This document shows, in pieces, positions 8,401 to 12,851 of a stretch of 12,851 bases of DNA (its first letter is position 1; each line of letters opens with the position of its first letter). The position numbers and the translations under genes are program-made. Origin of the DNA: Candidatus Muiribacteriota bacterium (GTDB taxonomy: Bacteria > Muiribacteriota > Muiribacteriia > Muiribacteriales > Muiribacteriaceae); assembly GCA_051747805.1 (NCBI GenBank), contig JBNJGP010000075.1, positions 1-12,851 on the forward strand, written 5' to 3'. Under the pieces are notes generated by a model. That model made no database searches. It was not told the origin of the DNA and saw only the letters and a list, made by a program, of their open reading frames with translations.

Positions 8401-11400
8401 TGACGGAGTTGAAAATATACCTGGAATTCTTCATTATGATGAAGACAATAAAACCGGGTATTTTTATCCTGCGGACCAGCTTAGAGCAGGGGCTGAATTT
8501 ACTGTTTCTATAGGAGTAAGTGATAAAGGAACCGAGTATTCTCCAAGAAACCTTGACGGTGAAACTCTTGCATATAATAAGGTCTGGAAATTTACAACAG
8601 CTAATCAGCCTGATGAAACCCCTCCAGAAGTATTATCTACAAAACCGGTTGCAATGGCAACAAATATGCCTGTTTTAAAATCAGACGAAAACGCATTTGA
8701 GTTTGAAGTGACTTTTTCAAAACAGATGGATAATACTACCGCAAATGGCAGGCCACGTACTATATCTGCTGATCCTCCTGTTTTCAGAGTTTTTTATTTA
8801 GATGAAAATGAAGAGGAAGTAGAACTAACCGACCCCTTTGTAGAATACGATGAAAATACACAAAAGGCGACTTTTTCATTTGTTAAAGAGCTCGAAAATG
8901 ACAGGCAATATCATATTCCTCTGCAATATAATACAGTTTATTATGCAGAGCTGGCTACAAGTGTAACTGATATGGCTGGAAACAGATTAAATAATAGAGG
9001 AACAATTCAAACACACAGGCCAAACTATTATGTGTGGAGTTTTAAAACCCAGAAAAATGAAACAAGACCAACAGGTGGGTTTGTAAGAACCTCTTTTCAG
9101 CAGACAGATGAGTTCAGGTTTATGTTTTCTGAGAGAATGAAAGTTACAGGACATCACTCTCTGAAAAGTTTTGTCGATATAACCACACCTGATTATCCAG
9201 ATGGATTACCAACTGAATTTTATGAAGTCAGCTTTGAGCACGAGGAGGGAGATCAGAATCCTTTTGATGGTCCCGGCGGAACTGATTTAATACCAAATGA
9301 AGATTATTCTTATCTTGTAATTGAACCTTCAATACAGATGGGAGATTATTTTGAAAATAATGAGTATAGAATTACAATAAACAGGTTCAGTGACTCATCT
9401 GAGCTTACAGATACTGCCGGAAACCTTTTTTACGGTGCTACAGAGGGTGATATTGAGGCCGGAGATGAAGACCATACAAATATAATTAAAGTTTCAGATG
9501 ATATAAGACCATATGTTTTAAATTGGAAACCCGATGGAGAAAATGTTTCAACAAATCCAAATGTAATTGATATTATGATAGAGTTCAGTCATCAAATTAT
9601 TGATTCGGAATATGGCGAAGCTGATTTTCAGTACAGTATAAAAAATCCTTCAAACTTTTATATATTACAGGAGGAGGATAATTTTCCTCTCTCTAATACT
9701 GATATAGAATATAATTCAGACAGTAATGAGGCAAGGCTTATACTGTCAGATAATCTGGATTTTGAAACAGATTACAAAGTTATTGTAAAAAATGTAAAAG
9801 ATCTTGATGGAAATATGCTTGAAGATGATGAGAAGAGCTTCACTTTCGCGACGCGTGAACCTTCTCCACCGCGGGTGGATAATATTGAAATACTTAGAAA
9901 GGACGATAGTCAACCAGGTCGAATTACACATGTAAGAGTGCATTTTTTATCTGACCTTGAGATGGATGCTGGGCATTTTTATGAAAATAGAGATAGTCTG
10001 GTTAGTTTTCGTAAGGCAAATGCTATTGAAAACTGGCCGGTAACTTATACATGGGAACAGAATAACACAGTATTATTATTAACCTTAGATCGCATGCTTG
10101 ATTTTAATTCCAGATATATACTTGTGTTGTCTGGAAATATGCAGGATATAGAAGGAAATGAATTTGATGGCAATGAAAATCGTATTTCAGAGGGAGACCC
10201 TGTGGACAACTATATATATGAGCTTATTACAGCTCCCTCGGATCAATATCTTCAGGTAATACATTCAAATCCATATGATAAAAAAGAAGGGGTTGAAGTT
10301 GATAATCCTATATCTGTGTTTTTTAATCATCCAATTGCAAGAACCTCTATTACATATGAAAGAGAAAATGGCACAGTGTTTTTAACAGAAAGAGATTCAG
10401 TAGAGCAGGTAGAGGCTGATTTAACTTTTTTAAATGAAGATAAAATAATGGTTATAAATCCCTCAAAACCATTAAAAACTGATACTGAATATAGGCTTGT
10501 TATAACAGCTAATGTTAGAAGAATCTGTCCGGAAACAGGGGGCGAAGGAGACGGCCTTGACGGGAATCAAAATAATGTGTGGGAAGATTCGCCAACTGAT
10601 GATTTTCAAATTACATTTAATACCGGCAAAGATTCTGAGAAACCTAAATTTATTGCCGGGGATTCTAACCCAGAAGATGGAACCAATGATTATGGAATAC
10701 AATCTGGAGTTGAACTTGTTTTTTCTAAAGAATTAAGCTCAGAAACACTGAATAATCTAAATAATTTTGTGAAAATTTACCCCGGTACTACAGGCTATGG
10801 TACAAATTTTTCTGAAGTTGAATATACCTATAACTATCAAGAAGAAAATAATAGACAGCAAATTAATATTAATCCTTCTATGCCTTTTGCCTGCAGTTCT
10901 TACTATACAGTTAGAATAACTTCAGGAATTAAAGACAAAAATGGTAATTTTTTGGAAAATCCATCTAAATTTACCTTCAGGACAAGGTCAAATGATTTTG
11001 ATTTTACAGCTTTTAAAAATCCTGGTGCCAATGATGAAATTTTCATGGTTGTAAAACACAGTGAGAACATGGACCTGAATATTAAGCTTAAACAGTTTAA
11101 CAAAAGCCCTGTTAATCTTGATATTACAAAAACAAACAGTGAGGATGGAAAACATATATGGTTTTCCACTTATAGGCTGAATACATCAGCTCTAGGAAAG
11201 GTGAACATTCTTGCTGAGGGACAGATAGGCAGTTCAACTCTCAGAAGTTCACTGTATATGGATTATGGATATATTAATCAGGCACCAATGCTCCTAGCTG
11301 ACGGTATTTTAAAAGCATCTTCAGATAATGAGGAAGCAGCCCTGATTTTTTATAATTCTTCAGGTAAAAAAGAAATTAATAAAGCTTCTCCGCTCGAAAG

Positions 11401-12175
11401 TGAAATAGAAGAGTTGAAGTTGTTTACCTGGGAATATGAAATAGTTACAGGAAATGATAAAAAAGTGCATCTGAACTTAGTTCCCGAGGCCGGTACCCCT
11501 GAAAATACCGGGTTATATTCCAGGAACGAAAAAGGTGAATGGGTATTTGAATCAAGGCTGGATGAAAACTTGAATGTTAATCTTTCCGGGGGACAGAAGT
11601 TTGCACTGCTTAAGGATGAAATAGGACCAAGAATTAAAATGAAACAGCAGATGTTTGAAAATCCCGAGTTTGAAGTTGAGGATATTTCTGGCTACAGAAT
11701 TAACAGGATTTCAGTTAATAATGAAAGTATTAATAAAAGTTATTTTACACAAAATAAAGAGATTGAGCCTGAAAAATTTAAAAAGCTTGAGGCAGGCTAT
11801 CATAATGTTGAAGTTTCGGCAGAGGATGGAGTAGGAAATATAACTGTACATCGCGGTCCTTTTTTAGCTCCAGGACCATTTGAGGTAGGTAAATTAATTA
11901 ACTATCCAAATCCGGCCTCTAATTATACAACCATAAAATATTCTATTAAAACAGCCCAGGCACAAAGGGCTCTGCTTGAAATATTTGATTCTTCAGGGAG
12001 ACGTATATACAATAAATCGGTTCCAAAAACAAATGGGACTCATAAAGAAATCTGGAATTTAATAGATAGAAGGGGAAATAAGGTGGCTAACGGAGTATAT
12101 TTTTATGTAATTTCCATTTTTGGAAGTGATGGTGAGAAAGACCAGCAAAGCTCTAAAATGGCTGTTTTAAGATAA
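5492..12175 (+). CDS. Giant secreted surface protein: ~13 SbsA/Big_5 Ig-like domains plus T9SS type A sorting-like (FlgD-Ig) C-terminal domain (2227 aa)
   Basis: RBS AGGGG at 5478-5482. Signal peptide MKKLKLIFISIIIFSSFIKIYS. Recurring D..PP.V....P ... I.+.FSE.M ... L.....Y.V.+...V.D.aGN.L....W.F.T units. C-terminal LINYPNP...LEIFDSSGRRI...WNLIDRRGNKVANGVYFY...KMAVLR. Confidence 0.9.
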   Translation: MKKLKLIFISIIIFSSFIKIYSSVPAGPLIYGIDGEEMAPQYAVSPYDDEGTNDGKSGRGLVYAYSDGSKYTNDRFLTVSYYHPDAQDGMIVYFLRSEGEDPIREFVYNGGGNNYAGTDGFLADVDSGSETDVIVQYLVEEIGDDGELEREVVMTVSETIIFDNDPPEFVDLDTGKDDHEDVKIYEPVELIFNEDILFEVYHPNYYDPDEELLETQWDIRTDLDKSSASHNWEYVQLDPDGLEIDYDDPSILIFNHSHHWFRPKSNYHLRIDKVWDKAGNELSDHQVDVINELFFSTDSTPTQTTNDGPGIFPGDGNTNISIEPIIKVTFDERIDELSFINAFSITPKVEGYFNFIYERDRDIHTAFFFPDEKLRYSQEYIISINKNLRDVAGINFEGTSWSFTTQVDDVPPQIIEKYPVEGQVGLPPDSEIYIQFNEPMLKNSLNNTNIKLFDGDDEVAVIFDYDESNSRLYLKPVNPLFYSRVYKVKVTTAVKDIAGNNLENPVTWNFSTISENAENPEVSNVNFLLQNETDYSFGTIEITFSKDMNLEDVLNPDNYVLNDEIFDVPIMIMQKDDSNYRDFKITTRRFDRPESYYPEYDPGDNENDYSGVFHFDRNYRLSIKPHVKDSGGINLISAFNKTMRSTDTIEPYVKNTYPADKGEIYPYQNINTLKIYFNEDVNLKSDNISHGYNAIPVDSAGEKPVYIEYSGPNSLPDNLDGFYVNEKEDNIDLNNNGEKKDFILEIYNEDEGERQPLPAGNYTVFVKDEVSGIQIKDEADNLLNEDYEFEFEILADTNGPTVDSISVDSMYNEGYPVDLSIMTEFSKPLNKLNLSSEAFKIEYDLTGNGINDGTVETDVYYYSEYVNGYYKYMVEVVPRNLLPKGADCKLIIKADKSILQDESENPIYATSSNPEGNDYSYSFNTSEKPVVLEHFPKANEEFVSIDSYILFKFSEDMKPDSINFMSIAVNDGVENIPGILHYDEDNKTGYFYPADQLRAGAEFTVSIGVSDKGTEYSPRNLDGETLAYNKVWKFTTANQPDETPPEVLSTKPVAMATNMPVLKSDENAFEFEVTFSKQMDNTTANGRPRTISADPPVFRVFYLDENEEEVELTDPFVEYDENTQKATFSFVKELENDRQYHIPLQYNTVYYAELATSVTDMAGNRLNNRGTIQTHRPNYYVWSFKTQKNETRPTGGFVRTSFQQTDEFRFMFSERMKVTGHHSLKSFVDITTPDYPDGLPTEFYEVSFEHEEGDQNPFDGPGGTDLIPNEDYSYLVIEPSIQMGDYFENNEYRITINRFSDSSELTDTAGNLFYGATEGDIEAGDEDHTNIIKVSDDIRPYVLNWKPDGENVSTNPNVIDIMIEFSHQIIDSEYGEADFQYSIKNPSNFYILQEEDNFPLSNTDIEYNSDSNEARLILSDNLDFETDYKVIVKNVKDLDGNMLEDDEKSFTFATREPSPPRVDNIEILRKDDSQPGRITHVRVHFLSDLEMDAGHFYENRDSLVSFRKANAIENWPVTYTWEQNNTVLLLTLDRMLDFNSRYILVLSGNMQDIEGNEFDGNENRISEGDPVDNYIYELITAPSDQYLQVIHSNPYDKKEGVEVDNPISVFFNHPIARTSITYERENGTVFLTERDSVEQVEADLTFLNEDKIMVINPSKPLKTDTEYRLVITANVRRICPETGGEGDGLDGNQNNVWEDSPTDDFQITFNTGKDSEKPKFIAGDSNPEDGTNDYGIQSGVELVFSKELSSETLNNLNNFVKIYPGTTGYGTNFSEVEYTYNYQEENNRQQININPSMPFACSSYYTVRITSGIKDKNGNFLENPSKFTFRTRSNDFDFTAFKNPGANDEIFMVVKHSENMDLNIKLKQFNKSPVNLDITKTNSEDGKHIWFSTYRLNTSALGKVNILAEGQIGSSTLRSSLYMDYGYINQAPMLLADGILKASSDNEEAALIFYNSSGKKEINKASPLESEIEELKLFTWEYEIVTGNDKKVHLNLVPEAGTPENTGLYSRNEKGEWVFESRLDENLNVNLSGGQKFALLKDEIGPRIKMKQQMFENPEFEVEDISGYRINRISVNNESINKSYFTQNKEIEPEKFKKLEAGYHNVEVSAEDGVGNITVHRGPFLAPGPFEVGKLINYPNPASNYTTIKYSIKTAQAQRALLEIFDSSGRRIYNKSVPKTNGTHKEIWNLIDRRGNKVANGVYFYVISIFGSDGEKDQQSSKMAVLR
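5978..10987 (+). repeat. Array of ~13 divergent Big_5 (SbsA Ig-like) protein repeats
   Basis: Repeat-end motifs: WDKAGNEL, RDVAGINF, KDIAGNNL, KDSGGINL, KDEADNLL, QDESENPI, RNLDGETL, TDMAGNRL, TDTAGNLF, KDLDGNML, QDIEGNEF, GEGDGLDG, KDKNGNFL. Similarity is at protein level only; I see no exact DNA repeats. Confidence 0.75.
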
Positions 12176-12196
12176 AAACACAAAAAAGGAGAAAAG

Positions 12197-12724
12197 ATGA
12201 AAAAATTTATTAATATAATTTTTCTAAGTATAGTTATGATGGTTTTAATCTCTGGTTGTGGTGCAAAATCTGACCTTGCAAGAGTTCATAAGGCAACGGC
12301 TGATTTTGAAAACGCCTGGAGCCATTATGAAAATGGAGAGTATGAAAAGGCAGATACTATTTTTTCCGAGATTTTAATGCGGGAAAGTGATGTGGAAACA
12401 GAAAACGAGGCCAGAGTTGGTATAGCAATGCTGTGTCTTTCAAATCCAGATAAGGTAAGAGAGGTAGAGGGCCAGCTTATGCAAAATGTAGAAGCTGCTA
12501 ATTATCAGCTTGAAAATATTTTTTCCAGAAGCTATGATACTATTTATGAGCCAGTTTATAATAAGAATATTGGAAACGGAGAGGCAAGGGGATTTCTTGC
12601 CCTTACTTATATGCTTATGGGAAATACCGAAAGATTTAATCAAAATTTAAATATTGCAAAAATATTTTCAAATCAGGAAATAGATTCAGAAAACATGCTT
12701 AAATCATTAGATGAAATGCTCTAA
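12197..12724 (+). CDS. Small TPR-like lipoprotein (175 aa)
   Basis: RBS AAGGAG at 12186-12191. Lipobox ISG-C (12257-12259). TPR-like helices NAWSHYENGEYEKADTIFSEIL, EARVGIAML and EARGFLALTYMLMGNTERFNQNLNIA. Confidence 0.8.
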   Translation: MKKFINIIFLSIVMMVLISGCGAKSDLARVHKATADFENAWSHYENGEYEKADTIFSEILMRESDVETENEARVGIAMLCLSNPDKVREVEGQLMQNVEAANYQLENIFSRSYDTIYEPVYNKNIGNGEARGFLALTYMLMGNTERFNQNLNIAKIFSNQEIDSENMLKSLDEML

Positions 12725-12742
12725 AACAGAATATATTTTTAT

Positions 12743-12771
12743 TTGAAAAATTCAAAATTCTCATTTATAAT
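12743..12771 (+). promoter_or_regulatory. Candidate sigma70 promoter for a downstream gene outside the window
   Basis: TTGAAA(12743-12748)-N17-TATAAT(12766-12771): 5/6 -35 box, perfect -10 box, optimal spacing. Confidence 0.55.
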
Positions 12772-12851
12772 GTTTTTAAACTTTTTTATATGTTGAGTTT
12801 AGCAAAAAATAGAAATTTTAACCTGTAGACACTTAAAAAACAGTTAAGTTG

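Noticed and set aside
1023..12643. Short minus-strand ORFs (1023-1208, 1245-1484, 1852-2319, 2709-2930, 5172-5423, 7849-8052, 9746-9943, 10472-10702, 10903-11169, 12440-12643) and + strand 10512-10736
   Set aside because: All overlap long, well-supported genes. Their compositions (Ser/Phe/Ile- or His/Leu/Pro-rich) are what antisense or shifted reading of acidic codons produces, and they show no recognisable motifs.
12725..12851. Intrinsic terminator after the last gene (hairpins at 12742-12756 and ACTTAA/TTAAGT at 12831-12849)
   Set aside because: The stems are 6 bp and almost all A/T, with no convincing adjacent U-tract.
1..12851. CRISPR array, tRNA/rRNA, DGR template/variable repeats, invertible segments, alternative genetic code
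   Set aside because: By eye I saw no regularly spaced or near-identical long DNA repeats, no RNA-gene signatures, and no reverse transcriptase or recombinase. ORFs are long under code 11 and TGA acts as a stop at 2399-2401. A dot-plot would be needed to exclude subtle repeats.

Overview
AT-rich bacterial window almost completely filled by six tightly coupled + strand genes (167-12724), all with export signals, probably one operon. In order: (1) a YjbH-like outer-membrane beta-barrel; (2) a lipoprotein with an acidic loop, a CarboxypepD_reg/transthyretin-like domain and a matrixin (M10)-like domain whose zinc motif is degenerate (KEIAHALGLWGTS, likely a pseudoprotease); (3,4) two collinear lipoproteins of about five CarboxypepD_reg-like beta-sandwiches each; (5) a 2227-aa secreted protein with about 13 SbsA/Big_5 Ig-like repeats and a T9SS-type-A/FlgD-Ig-like C-terminal domain; (6) a small TPR lipoprotein. 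The gene set suggests a dedicated cell-surface assembly or display module of a diderm bacterium that I cannot match to a named system. The first ~79 bp are GC-richer and may be the end of an IS. A good sigma70 promoter lies after the last gene. All domain calls come from motif recognition by eye, not database searches.
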